Source of the DNA: an uncultured Bacteroides sp.
Lineage (GTDB): Bacteria > Bacteroidota > Bacteroidia > Bacteroidales > Bacteroidaceae
Assembly: GCA_900556625.1 (NCBI GenBank)
Contig: USPQ01000007.1
Location: 1,814 to 65,813, forward strand
DNA length: 64,000 nucleotides
Reading direction: 5' to 3'
The position numbers and the translations under genes are program-made. The notes under the pieces were generated by a model. The model made no database searches. It had not been told where the DNA came from and saw only the letters and a list, made by a program, of their open reading frames with translations. Within the stretch, counting starts at the first letter, position 1. Every line of letters begins with the position of its first letter. This document shows, one piece after another, positions 10,325-20,768 of this stretch.

Positions 10325-10840
10325 ATGGAAACAATAGCTAACACTTACGACGACATTATCACCCGTTCTTATGAAGAATATTATCAGGTGATTCTTGCCT
10401 ATATTACTTATCGTATCACTCATCGCTACGAAGCGGAGGATCTAACCCAAGATGTATTTGTACGTCTGCTGGACTACAAACAAATGCTCCGTCCCGACAC
10501 AGTGAAATATTTTCTGTTCACTATTGCCCACAATATTGTAATCGATTATATCCGTCGTTATTATAAGAAGCAGGAGATAGACAGCTACATCTATGATACT
10601 ATGTCTACTTCTACCAATGAAACCGAAGAAAAAATTATCGGTGATGATTTAATGACAATGGAACGGACCCGTCTGGCTGCCATGCCCGAACAACGTCGGT
10701 TAATTTATACATTAAGCCGTTTCGAAAATAAAACTTCTCCGGAAATCGCTAATGAACTGAATCTAAGTTGTAGGACGGTAGAAAACCACCTGTTTCTTGG
10801 ACGTCGTGAAATGCGCGAATTCTTCCGAAATTGTATATAA
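10325..10840 (+). CDS. ECF-type RNA polymerase sigma-70 factor
   Basis: AEDLTQDVFVRL, YFLFTIAHN region 2; EIANELNLSCRTVENHL region 4. Confidence 0.9.
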   Translation: METIANTYDDIITRSYEEYYQVILAYITYRITHRYEAEDLTQDVFVRLLDYKQMLRPDTVKYFLFTIAHNIVIDYIRRYYKKQEIDSYIYDTMSTSTNETEEKIIGDDLMTMERTRLAAMPEQRRLIYTLSRFENKTSPEIANELNLSCRTVENHLFLGRREMREFFRNCI

Positions 10841-10972
10841 TCTTATTCATTAATAAATAACCCTTTGTGCTTATGGAAAAGGAGTCAGAATTTACAAAGA
10901 GGCACTTGTATGCCTTACCTTATTTTAGAGAACAAAAATTTAATACTATTTTTAAACCTCAAATTTAATTTT

Positions 10973-13900
10973 ATGAAACGAAGAGGATTAATATTTAATT
11001 CGCGACCTAACAAGACAGCTGTCTTTGCGTTAGGATTAATGTTGGGACTTTGTCCTGTTTCAAAGGCATGGGCTGATGCGGATTTAAGTGACAATCAGGT
11101 AGTAATGCAGACGCAAAAGAAAGTGAAAGGTCAAGTGATTGATGCGACTGGCGAACCATTGATTGGTGTGAATATTAGCGTTATTGGTGGAACTGAAGGC
11201 ACGATTACTGATATTGACGGGAATTACACGGTCAGTGTGCCGACAGGTGCAAAATTGAAGTTTAGCTATATAGGCTATAAAGACCAGCTAGTGGAGGTGG
11301 GTACGCAAACTATTGTCAATGTGAAAATGCAGGAAGATAGTGAAGTTCTGGATGAAGTAGTTGTTGTGGGATATGGTTCACAGAAGAAAGAGACATTAAC
11401 TGGTGCGGTAACAGTCGTTTCCGATAAAATGCTGGAAAATAAAGGTGCTATGTCGAGTCCTGTACAGGCATTGCAAGGGCAAGTACCGGGAGTTATTATT
11501 ACCCGTTCCTCCGGTGCTCCGGGTGATGAAAGCTGGGGAATGAAACTGCGTGGTGCTGTATCGGCCAATTCCACAGACCCGTTAATCATTATTGATGGAG
11601 TAGAATACGAAAGTGTGAATGAACTTCGTTTGCTTAACTCTGCCGATATTGAATCCATCAACTTTTTAAAAGATGCTTCGGCGGCTATCTACGGATCGAA
11701 GGCAGCAGGTGGTGTTATTTTGGTGACTACCAAACAGGCTAAAGAAGGAAAGGCTAAAATAGAATATAGTGGTTCTTATACGCATAAATTTGTCGGTTTA
11801 CAGCCTAAAATGATGAGTATTGACCAATGGAGTGAAGCTATTATTACTACTCGTCACAACGATGGTTTAGGTGATGATGACCAATGGATAAAATATGCAC
11901 AGCTTGCTCAAGCTTATAAAGGTGGATATATTGATTTATCTAAAAATCCGAATCCGATACCCGCTTTCGGTGATGTGGACGATTATGTCTTTATGGATAC
12001 TAACTGGCAGGATGTATTGTTTGGCAATGCAGGTTCTACGCAGCACAATTTGAGCGTATCCGGTGGAAACGAAAAGTCGTTGTATCGTCTTTCTGTAGGT
12101 TATATGTATGATGATAGTACCTTGAAATGGGGAAATAATAATAATAAACGTTTCAATGTTCGTTTGACGAATACGGTAAAGTTGACGGATAGGTTTACTA
12201 TCGAATCCGTGATGGCTTATAACCGCCAGGATCAGGTGTCTCCAACGATGATTGACAGGGTTCTGACTTCCAGTTATCCCCAGCCGGGATTGCCTTCCTC
12301 TACTATGGATGGCAAACCTTATCATTGGGGTGGAAATTATACTCCCAACTGGTATGCAGAACTGGGAGGTGATAATAAATTGAAAGTATCCGGTATTAAT
12401 ATTAGTGAGAATTTGAAGTATCAATTTACTTCTTACTTGGATGCAGTAGTCAATTTAGGCTACAATACATCTACTGCGACACGTGATGGAGTAAAGAACA
12501 GCATTACTTGGTACACCTATGACGGAACGTTGAGTACGGCAAAGACAAATGCTATCAATAATCCTAATCAGGCCTCTACGGAATATTCGAAATCTTTTGC
12601 CCGTACTGATTACTACTCTGTTTCAGGCTATTTGAATTATCACCAGACATTGGGAGAAAAACATAATGTTACAGCTATGCTTGGTGCACAATATAATTTG
12701 AAAGAGTATGATTATACAGTGGTGACAGCGAAGGATGTGCAGAGTTCATTGGAAATATTGAATGGATCGGGTGAAATAACATTGAAAAACTCGGCAAAAA
12801 CCTCCGGTCCAAGTAAATGGCATGAAGCTATGATGTCATATTTCGGACGTTTCAATTACAATTATATGTCTAAGTATCTGTTGGAAATGAATCTCCGTTA
12901 TGATGGTTCTTCTAAGTTCCGTCCTGAGAACCGATGGGATTTCTTTTATGGATTCTCGGGTGGATGGCGTCTTTCCGAAGAGGAATTTATGAAAAACGTG
13001 AAATTTGTCAATGAACTAAAATTGCGTCTTTCTTATGGAGTTGTTGGTAATCAGTCAGGTATTTCACGTTATGATGGTATGCAGTTATACAACTTTAATT
13101 CAGTCAATGGGGCTTACATTGGTGATGGAAGAATCTCCTATATTAAGACTAGCGGTGAAATTGCTACTATGGGACGTAGTTGGGAACGTATTCATAATTA
13201 TAACTTAGGATTGGACTTTCATTTGTTTGACAGCCGCCTGCAGGGTACGGTAGAATTGTTTATGAAGAAGAATAACAATATGCTGATAGCAGTTGCTTAT
13301 CCGGGAATTCTGGGAGATAAAGCTCCTGCTTCCAATAGTGGAAAATTTGAAGCAAAAGGATATGAAGGAACTGTGACATGGTCGGATAAAATTGGAAAAG
13401 TGAACTATCATGTGGGAGGTACATTTACCTATGCTGATAATAAACTGGTAGACTATGGTGGAGTGACGGTATTTAAATCCGGCTTTGTAGACAAACAACA
13501 GGGGTACTCGTTGAACTCGGTATTCGGTCTGAAATATTGTGGAAAGATTCAGACAGAAGAACAATTGCGCAAGTACATTTATAAATATTATAATAGTAAC
13601 GGTATAGGTATGCCGAAGGATCTCCGTTTGGGTGATAATATGTATGAAGATGTAAACGGTGATGGTAAGTTGGATGAAAAGGATTATGTTTATTTGGGTT
13701 CGGATGATCCGAAAATTTCCTATTCGTTCAATGTCGGAATAGAATGGAATAATTTTGATTTGTCTGCTGTATTCCAAGGTGCGGCCAAACGAACCATTTT
13801 CCGTGACGAAAGTAATGATAATTATCGCATACCGATGCGAGCCGCTCACTTGAATTCAACGACACAATCTGTGGGAAATGTGTGGAGTCCTGATAATAGA

Positions 13901-14212
13901 GACGGACGCTATCCGACATATACTAATATTAGTACGATTAATAATTATAATTATCAGTGTTCTTCTTGGTCGGTAGAAAATGGTAATTATCTGCGTCTGA
14001 AGAGTTTGACGTTAGGCTATAACTTCCCGGCTTCATTGCTTAGCAAGACGAAAGCGATCAGCAGACTTCGTATATATGTATCTGGAGCCGATTTGTGGGA
14101 AGTGAGTAAGATTAACGATGGATGGGACCCCGAAGCTTCACGCAAGGTATCCGGTAATGGACGTTTCCCGTTCAATCGTACTTGTACTGTCGGATTAGAT
14201 GTAACCTTTTAA
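10973..14212 (+). CDS. SusC-like TonB-dependent transporter (no STN extension)
   Basis: EVVVVGYG, LKDASAAIYGSKAAGGVILVTTK, RYDGSS, C-terminal F; start moved to ATG 10973 with signal peptide. Confidence 0.95.
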   Translation: MKRRGLIFNSRPNKTAVFALGLMLGLCPVSKAWADADLSDNQVVMQTQKKVKGQVIDATGEPLIGVNISVIGGTEGTITDIDGNYTVSVPTGAKLKFSYIGYKDQLVEVGTQTIVNVKMQEDSEVLDEVVVVGYGSQKKETLTGAVTVVSDKMLENKGAMSSPVQALQGQVPGVIITRSSGAPGDESWGMKLRGAVSANSTDPLIIIDGVEYESVNELRLLNSADIESINFLKDASAAIYGSKAAGGVILVTTKQAKEGKAKIEYSGSYTHKFVGLQPKMMSIDQWSEAIITTRHNDGLGDDDQWIKYAQLAQAYKGGYIDLSKNPNPIPAFGDVDDYVFMDTNWQDVLFGNAGSTQHNLSVSGGNEKSLYRLSVGYMYDDSTLKWGNNNNKRFNVRLTNTVKLTDRFTIESVMAYNRQDQVSPTMIDRVLTSSYPQPGLPSSTMDGKPYHWGGNYTPNWYAELGGDNKLKVSGINISENLKYQFTSYLDAVVNLGYNTSTATRDGVKNSITWYTYDGTLSTAKTNAINNPNQASTEYSKSFARTDYYSVSGYLNYHQTLGEKHNVTAMLGAQYNLKEYDYTVVTAKDVQSSLEILNGSGEITLKNSAKTSGPSKWHEAMMSYFGRFNYNYMSKYLLEMNLRYDGSSKFRPENRWDFFYGFSGGWRLSEEEFMKNVKFVNELKLRLSYGVVGNQSGISRYDGMQLYNFNSVNGAYIGDGRISYIKTSGEIATMGRSWERIHNYNLGLDFHLFDSRLQGTVELFMKKNNNMLIAVAYPGILGDKAPASNSGKFEAKGYEGTVTWSDKIGKVNYHVGGTFTYADNKLVDYGGVTVFKSGFVDKQQGYSLNSVFGLKYCGKIQTEEQLRKYIYKYYNSNGIGMPKDLRLGDNMYEDVNGDGKLDEKDYVYLGSDDPKISYSFNVGIEWNNFDLSAVFQGAAKRTIFRDESNDNYRIPMRAAHLNSTTQSVGNVWSPDNRDGRYPTYTNISTINNYNYQCSSWSVENGNYLRLKSLTLGYNFPASLLSKTKAISRLRIYVSGADLWEVSKINDGWDPEASRKVSGNGRFPFNRTCTVGLDVTF

Positions 14213-14222
14213 TACTTAGAAT

Positions 14223-15974
14223 ATGAAAATAGTAAATACAATAAAAACTATATTGCTGCTTTTGGTAGTGGTGATTTTACCGTCTTGCCTTGATCTTGAT
14301 CCGCAAGATCAAATGTCGGATGCAAATTTGTGGCAGACTCCAAATGATTATAAACTGTATGCTAATCAGTTTTATGAATGGACTCGTGATTTTTCGAGTG
14401 CCGTATATGATGGTCCTCATAGTGATACCCGTTCGGACTTGATGACTTCAAGTAGCTACAATGAATATAGTAAGGGAATTAATAATATTCCGGTGTCGGA
14501 TGGAAATTATACGGGAGCTTATACAAAGATTCGTTATGCTAATATTTTGTTACAAAAAGCAGAAAGTTATCCTAACCCGACAGACATAGCACGCTATGTT
14601 GCTGAAGCTAAGTTCTTTCGTGCATACGAATATTTTGATTTACTTCAGTTATTTGGAGATGTAATTGTGGTGACTGAACCTATTGATATCACTGATCCGA
14701 AAATGAATGCCCCTCGTGATGACCGTTCGAAAGTGGTAGACCTGATCATTGAAGATTTGAAGCAAGCCATTCCTGATTTACCGAAAGAGAATGCTATTGC
14801 AACAGCTGATAAGGGACGTGTTTCACAGGGAGCTGCCCAGGCTTTTCTTTCTCGTGTGGCGTTGTATGAAGGTACATGGCAGAAATTTAGGACAGGGGAT
14901 GTAACTCGAATCAATGATTTGCTTGATATTGCTGCTGAGTCTGCTTGGGAAGTAATTGATAGTAAGCAGTATGAAATATTTAAACCGGCGGAATTAGGTA
15001 CAGATGCTTATAAATATCTATTTATTTTAGAAGATGTTCAGTCCAATCCGGCTAATATTAAGAAAGATAAAAATAAGGAATATATTTTCTCACGTCGTCA
15101 TGATGAAGTGATTGCTCCAATCGGTAAGAATATTACTAAGAATTGTTTTGCCAATGTACAATGGGTAACTCGTAAATTGGCGGAAATGTATTTGGGAGCG
15201 GATGGACTTCCAATTGACAATGCGCAGTCGACTGCCGGTGTTGACTATTCTACTCCAGACAACGAGTATGCAAAACGTGATAACCGCATGACGAATACTT
15301 TAATGGCACCGGGACGGAAATATTGGAATAACAATGCTTCTCATACCACTTGGACAGATGCGGATAAAGCTGCTTTTGATAATAAAGATTTCTATCCGAC
15401 TAGTGGTAGTGGATATAACAATCAAAAATGGGCAACGGAACGTAATGTGAAAGATGAATATGAAGGATATGACTTTCCGATTATTCGTTATGCTGAAGTG
15501 TTACTGAATTATGCCGAAGCGGTATTTGAGAGAAATGCGGATGCAGAAGGTAACATCATGGATGCTTCTAAAGTGGATGCAGCATTGGTATATTTGAATG
15601 AGGTTCGTCAACGTGTGAATCCGAATATGCCGGAACTCACTACTTCTTTTGCTACTACTCATAATCTGAAAATGCGTGAAGAGATTCGCCGGGAGCGTAC
15701 AGTGGAACTTTTCAATGAGGGCTTCCGTATTGATGATTTGAAACGTTGGAAAACTGCTGAAACGGAAATGCCGGAGAATATGTTAGGCGTAAAATGGAAC
15801 ACGTCCGGTGATTGGGCAACGTGGGCCGGAAAATGGTCTCCTTCTTATTCGTTGGAAGATGGCTGTTTGCTTATCGAAACCAATCGTGTGTGGAGTAATA
15901 AAAATTATCTTTATCCACTGCCGTCAGACCAACGTCAGTTGAATCCTAATATCGGTCAGAATCCGGGATGGTAA
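14223..15974 (+). CDS. SusD-like lipoprotein
   Basis: Lipobox LPSC; EAKFFRA, RYAEVLLNYAEA, ERTVELFNEG, QNPGW end. Confidence 0.95.
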   Translation: MKIVNTIKTILLLLVVVILPSCLDLDPQDQMSDANLWQTPNDYKLYANQFYEWTRDFSSAVYDGPHSDTRSDLMTSSSYNEYSKGINNIPVSDGNYTGAYTKIRYANILLQKAESYPNPTDIARYVAEAKFFRAYEYFDLLQLFGDVIVVTEPIDITDPKMNAPRDDRSKVVDLIIEDLKQAIPDLPKENAIATADKGRVSQGAAQAFLSRVALYEGTWQKFRTGDVTRINDLLDIAAESAWEVIDSKQYEIFKPAELGTDAYKYLFILEDVQSNPANIKKDKNKEYIFSRRHDEVIAPIGKNITKNCFANVQWVTRKLAEMYLGADGLPIDNAQSTAGVDYSTPDNEYAKRDNRMTNTLMAPGRKYWNNNASHTTWTDADKAAFDNKDFYPTSGSGYNNQKWATERNVKDEYEGYDFPIIRYAEVLLNYAEAVFERNADAEGNIMDASKVDAALVYLNEVRQRVNPNMPELTTSFATTHNLKMREEIRRERTVELFNEGFRIDDLKRWKTAETEMPENMLGVKWNTSGDWATWAGKWSPSYSLEDGCLLIETNRVWSNKNYLYPLPSDQRQLNPNIGQNPGW

Positions 15975-16022
15975 CGTCGGGAAGAACTGATTTTATATGT
16001 TGAACATTAAAAGAATAGAATT

Positions 16023-17513
16023 ATGAAATATACATTATTGAGTCTAGGCTTAGTGGCTTTTTTCTCATTGTCGGCATGTGATGACGGCAAGGTATTTGGT
16101 GATGGGCTGGATGAAAAGACACTAATCTCCGAGATTGAATTGACCAATGTGGAGAATGGAAAATTAACATTGGCTGCAACTGTAGATTATACAGACTCTT
16201 TGATTACTTATAAATATTCTCCGGAACAACCGAGTAACCCTAAGGTTAAATGGACATCATCGAATGAAAAAGTAGCTACTGTGTCACAGGATGGACTTGT
16301 GCATGCTGTAAGTGCAGGTAAGGCAAATATTATGATTACTCCGGAAGTAGGCTTTGGTGCAACAGCTCTTTTTGAATTGACTGTTGTGCCTGAATTTAAG
16401 CCGATTACAGATTTTGAATTTACGGAAGCCGATAAGGCTGAGCTATTTGCTTCAGAAGAAAGGACATTGAAACCAACTATTCTTCCGGCAGACCGTACTT
16501 ATTCTACGATAACATGGAAAAGTAGTGATACGTCTATTGCGACTGTAACGAAAGATGGTGTAGTGAGAGGCGTTGATGGTGGAGAAGAGGGAAGAACTGT
16601 TACCATTACTGCTGTTTCTTTGGATAGAGGAGGGTATGAGGAATCTTTTGAATTAAAGATAATACCGATAATCTATATTGATGAAATCACATTCGGGACA
16701 CAAGAAGATTTGTTGCCGGGTGAAAGTATGAAACTGAACTTTACTACTTCTCCGGAGAATGCGACTGTAGCTTCTTTGACGTGGACTAGTAGTGATCCGA
16801 ATGTTGTAGAAGTTAGTGATCAGGGAGTTGTAACTGCCAAGAATTATGGTGAAGTTACTATTATGGCTGCTACAACTATGGGACAGGAGTTTTCCACAAC
16901 TGTAAAAGTACCTTATGGGCTGATGAAATATTCATTTGAAACATCATTGTCTCCTTGGTATTTAAAACAGTCTGATGGGTTTACTTCATCTGTAGATTTT
17001 AAGGATGGAGGAGCAGTTGTGTCAATGAATCCAAATCCTTCGAGAGGAAATTCTTGTCGTGCCGATCTTGTATTAACGGCAAATGGTAGTTATAAAGATA
17101 AAGTGTATTTAAATGTAGGTGTATATAGGTATTTAGCAATAAAAATGATTAGACCTTATGGAGGAAATAAATTGCAAGGAAATGTCAAATTAGATACACA
17201 GTATGGTGCTTATAAAGAAAATGAAGGAAGTGGAAATAATAAATATCAAATTTTGGATGGTGAAGAAACTCCAGGAAGTCCGGAGGTGTATTATTATGAC
17301 TTACAAATCGAAAATGCGGTTGGCAATGGGACAAATAAACCTTTCCATACATTCTCACAGACAAAGGAAGAAGAAATAAGGACATTCCAATTTGTAATGG
17401 CTGACTTTAAAGAGGCTAATGGATCAAATACTGAATATACTGTATATTGGGTTCGTACATTTAAGACGTTAGATGATTTGAAAGCTTTTGTTGAACAAGA
17501 AGATAAGAATTGA
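16023..17513 (+). CDS. Surface glycan-binding lipoprotein with three Ig-like (Big_2) repeats and a DUF4979-like C-terminal domain
   Basis: Lipobox LSAC; WTSSNEKVATV, WKSSDTSIATV, WTSSDPNVVEV repeats; follows susD. Confidence 0.75.
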   Translation: MKYTLLSLGLVAFFSLSACDDGKVFGDGLDEKTLISEIELTNVENGKLTLAATVDYTDSLITYKYSPEQPSNPKVKWTSSNEKVATVSQDGLVHAVSAGKANIMITPEVGFGATALFELTVVPEFKPITDFEFTEADKAELFASEERTLKPTILPADRTYSTITWKSSDTSIATVTKDGVVRGVDGGEEGRTVTITAVSLDRGGYEESFELKIIPIIYIDEITFGTQEDLLPGESMKLNFTTSPENATVASLTWTSSDPNVVEVSDQGVVTAKNYGEVTIMAATTMGQEFSTTVKVPYGLMKYSFETSLSPWYLKQSDGFTSSVDFKDGGAVVSMNPNPSRGNSCRADLVLTANGSYKDKVYLNVGVYRYLAIKMIRPYGGNKLQGNVKLDTQYGAYKENEGSGNNKYQILDGEETPGSPEVYYYDLQIENAVGNGTNKPFHTFSQTKEEEIRTFQFVMADFKEANGSNTEYTVYWVRTFKTLDDLKAFVEQEDKN

Positions 17514-17519
17514 TAAACT

Positions 17520-18875
17520 ATGAGAACAAAAATATATATATTATCAACGATGCTTGCACTCAATTTGAGTGCATGCACCGATATCCAAGATGGCACTACT
17601 GATATTGATTCATGGCCAGCTATAAATGAATATACATTGAATCATCCTTGTATGCTTCATACGGATGCTGATTTTACTTATGTGAAGTCTAAATTAACTC
17701 AGACTCCTTGGAGCGAAGGATTGGATAAATTGAAAAATTCGAGATATTCCTATTCTAATTATACTCCTGAAGCACAAGAGATCTTGGGACGTATGGATAA
17801 AACGAATTGGTCTGCTACATTTCCCGATTGGTGGAATAATTATACTTATTTCTACGAAGATGCGGCAGCAGCTTACCAATTAGCCCTTCGTTGGAAACTA
17901 GAAAATGATTTAGCCTGTGGACAAGCTGCAGTTAGAATCTTGAATGAGTGGGCTACTACTTGCAAAGGACTTGTTCGTGTCAAGAGTCTTGCCAACGATA
18001 GAACGTATGATCCGAATGGAGAAATTGCCGACCCGAATGAATATTTGATTTCTATTAATGTTCATCAGATGGTAAATGCTGCAGAAATCATGCGTACAGA
18101 CGAAACTCTTTTCAAGAAGGATGAATTGGCTGCATTTCAAACAATGGTAAAGAATGTTTTTTATCCGGCTGCTTCTGATTTTCTGGCTCATAGAGAAAGT
18201 TGCAAACAGCACAGTTGGTTAAATTGGGATCTGGCACAGATGACTTCTATTTTGTCTATTGGTATTCTTTGTGATGATCAGGATATGATTAATGAGGCTA
18301 TTCTTTATTTTAAATATGGAGTAGGAAATGGTTGTATTGACAATGCAGTACCTTTTCTTCATCAAGATCCGGATGGTCATGGAATGTTAGGGCAAGGACA
18401 GGAGTCCGGTCGTGATCAGGGTCATGCAACGCTTTGTGTTTCTTTGATGGGAGCATTCTGCCAAATGGCATATAATATCGGTGAGGATTTGTTTGCTTAT
18501 GATGGAAACAAGGTGCTTGCTATGGCTGAATATACGGCTAAATATAATTTGTGGAAAGACTTTGATGATACTTCTTCCACATCAGATGAGAAATTTGTGT
18601 ATCGTAAAAAAGATTTCCCCTATACCTATTATGAGAATTGTAGCTGGCAGTGCCCTGAACTTTCTTCTCAGGAAGAGAATGATAAATCGAGAGGTGAAAT
18701 ACGTCCTTGTTGGGCTTTGATTTATAATCATTATAAAACCAAAGGCTTGGATGCATATTATACCAAACAGTTTATGGATGGCATGGGTGTCGAAGGTGGT
18801 GGAGGACATTACGGAAGCACAAGTGGTGGATTTGACCAATTAGGGTTTGGTACACTAATGTACACAAGAGAATAA
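17520..18875 (+). CDS. Alginate-lyase-family (alpha/alpha toroid) surface lipoprotein, putative polysaccharide lyase
   Basis: Lipobox LSAC; HPCMLHT, NWD, GQGQESGRDQGH and DQLGFGTL motifs. Confidence 0.7.
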   Translation: MRTKIYILSTMLALNLSACTDIQDGTTDIDSWPAINEYTLNHPCMLHTDADFTYVKSKLTQTPWSEGLDKLKNSRYSYSNYTPEAQEILGRMDKTNWSATFPDWWNNYTYFYEDAAAAYQLALRWKLENDLACGQAAVRILNEWATTCKGLVRVKSLANDRTYDPNGEIADPNEYLISINVHQMVNAAEIMRTDETLFKKDELAAFQTMVKNVFYPAASDFLAHRESCKQHSWLNWDLAQMTSILSIGILCDDQDMINEAILYFKYGVGNGCIDNAVPFLHQDPDGHGMLGQGQESGRDQGHATLCVSLMGAFCQMAYNIGEDLFAYDGNKVLAMAEYTAKYNLWKDFDDTSSTSDEKFVYRKKDFPYTYYENCSWQCPELSSQEENDKSRGEIRPCWALIYNHYKTKGLDAYYTKQFMDGMGVEGGGGHYGSTSGGFDQLGFGTLMYTRE

Positions 18876-18901
18876 AATATTATTTTCTAAAAATAATTAT
18901 G

Positions 18902-18929
18902 AGGGGATTAGGTATTTACCTAATCCCCT
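18902..18929. terminator. Perfect 13-bp hairpin inside the PUL (terminator or mRNA-stability element)
   Basis: aggggattaggta-tt-tacctaatcccct; no clear U-tract on +. Confidence 0.6.
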
Positions 18930-19080
18930 TCGTATATATAAGCAAATAGGTCAGTAAATAGATTGTTTGAAAAGGAAATTAGATTCAGTTTTCTGAGAGA
19001 TTAGTTTTATCTATGAGGTAGAAAGAATCTGTTTTTAGGAATAACATTTGAATTTAGAAAAGAATTATTAGTTAGGTACT

Positions 19081-20727
19081 ATGCGTAAAAAGATTCTGTT
19101 TTTAGCAGGAATGATGGTTTGCAGTTCATTGGCAGGCGCACAAGAAATTTCTAAGACCTGGGTGGCTGATAAGGGGAATGGCACTTATCAGAACCCGGTT
19201 CTTCATGCTGACTATTCAGACCCGGATATCTGTGCGGCCGGAGATGATTTCTATATGACAGCATCCAGTTTTAACTGTATTCCCGGAATTCCTATTCTTC
19301 ATTCCAATGATTTGGTTAATTGGTCGTTAGTAAACTATGCATTACCGGTTCAGGAGCCGGAACCTTTCTTCGATAAGGCACAGCATGGCAAAGGCGTATG
19401 GGCACCGGCCATTCGTTTTCATAACGGAGAATTTTATATTTACTGGGGGGATCCGGATTATGGAATCTATATGATTAAAACTAAAGATCCGAAAGGAAAA
19501 TGGAGCAAGCCTGTATTGGTGAAAGCTGGGAAAGGTATGATTGATGCCACTCCTTTGTGGGACGAAGACGGAAAAGTATATCTGATACATGCTTATGCCG
19601 GAAGCCGTAGCGGAGTGAATAGTATTCTCGTTATTTGCGAACTGAATGCAGAGGGAACAGAAGTAATTTCCGATCCGGTGATGGTCTTTGACGGAAATGA
19701 TGGAAAGAACCATACGGTAGAAGGACCGAAACTTTACAAACGCAACGGATACTACTATATTTTTGCTCCGGCAGGTGGAGTAGCAACTGGTTGGCAATTA
19801 GTACTTCGCTCGAAGAACATTTACGGCCCTTACGAATCGAAGATCGTAATGGCACAAGGAAAGACGAGTATCAACGGGCCTCATCAAGGTGGCTGGGTAG
19901 ACACCAACACTGGAGAATCGTGGTTCGTCCATTTTCAAGATAAAGGTGCTTACGGACGTGTGATTCATCTGAATCCGATGATGTGGGTAAATGACTGGCC
20001 TGTAATCGGAGTGGACAAGGATAAAGACGGTTGCGGTGAACCTGTAACGACTTATAAGAAACCGAATGTAGGAAAGACATATCCGATAGCCACTCCGCCG
20101 GAGAGTGATGAATTCAATACCCGCCATTTGGGATTACAATGGCAATGGCATGCCAATAAAAAAGACACTTACGGGTTTACTACCGATTTGGGATTTATCC
20201 GTCTTTATGCAGGCAGCCTTTCGAAAGAGTTTGTGAACTTCTGGGAAGTTCCTAATCTGCTGATGCAAAAGTTTCCGGCTGAAGAATTTACAGCTACGAC
20301 CAAGCTGACATTTACTGCCAAGCAGGATAGGGAACAAACCGGAATCATTGTGATGGGATGGGATTATAGCTATCTCTCCATTCGTAAGGCGGGAGATCAG
20401 TTTATTCTGCAACAAGCAGTCTGCAAGGATGCGGAACAGCAAAATCCCGAACAGATAAAAGAATTGGCAAATATTCCAGTAAAATATTTGAAGATGCCGG
20501 GAGTAGCAGATAATGAGTGGCAAACAGTTTACTTGCAAGTAAAGGTTCGTAAAGGAGCCGTTTGTACATTCGCTTATAGTCTGGACGGAAAGAAATACAC
20601 GACAGTGGGAGAGCCTTTCACAGCCCGACAAGGCAAATGGATCGGAGCCAAAGTTGGAGTATTTTGTGTAACTCCGAATGAGGGCAATCGTGGATGGGCG
20701 GATGTAGACTGGTTCAGAGTCAATTAA
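19081..20727 (+). CDS. GH43 glycoside hydrolase (xylosidase/arabinosidase-type) with C-terminal beta-sandwich
   Basis: DYSDPD, WAPAIR, IDATPLWD, VEGPKLY, PHQGG. Confidence 0.9.
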   Translation: MRKKILFLAGMMVCSSLAGAQEISKTWVADKGNGTYQNPVLHADYSDPDICAAGDDFYMTASSFNCIPGIPILHSNDLVNWSLVNYALPVQEPEPFFDKAQHGKGVWAPAIRFHNGEFYIYWGDPDYGIYMIKTKDPKGKWSKPVLVKAGKGMIDATPLWDEDGKVYLIHAYAGSRSGVNSILVICELNAEGTEVISDPVMVFDGNDGKNHTVEGPKLYKRNGYYYIFAPAGGVATGWQLVLRSKNIYGPYESKIVMAQGKTSINGPHQGGWVDTNTGESWFVHFQDKGAYGRVIHLNPMMWVNDWPVIGVDKDKDGCGEPVTTYKKPNVGKTYPIATPPESDEFNTRHLGLQWQWHANKKDTYGFTTDLGFIRLYAGSLSKEFVNFWEVPNLLMQKFPAEEFTATTKLTFTAKQDREQTGIIVMGWDYSYLSIRKAGDQFILQQAVCKDAEQQNPEQIKELANIPVKYLKMPGVADNEWQTVYLQVKVRKGAVCTFAYSLDGKKYTTVGEPFTARQGKWIGAKVGVFCVTPNEGNRGWADVDWFRVN

Positions 20728-20768
20728 AAATTAAGAATTAGAAATTAAAGTAGATATATCAGATTAAG

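Noticed and set aside
10865..10972. Extended TTG start for SusC (likewise the ORF-track starts at 10298, 24898, 30735, 46645, 47390, 48150, 48775, 61174)
   Set aside because: Overlap promoter elements or neighbouring genes, or precede the signal peptide; downstream ATGs fit better
20727..20750. aaaattaagaattagaaattaaag heptamer-like repeat (similar on minus strand at 56056-56079)
   Set aside because: Short, AT-rich and degenerate; not distinguishable from leader composition
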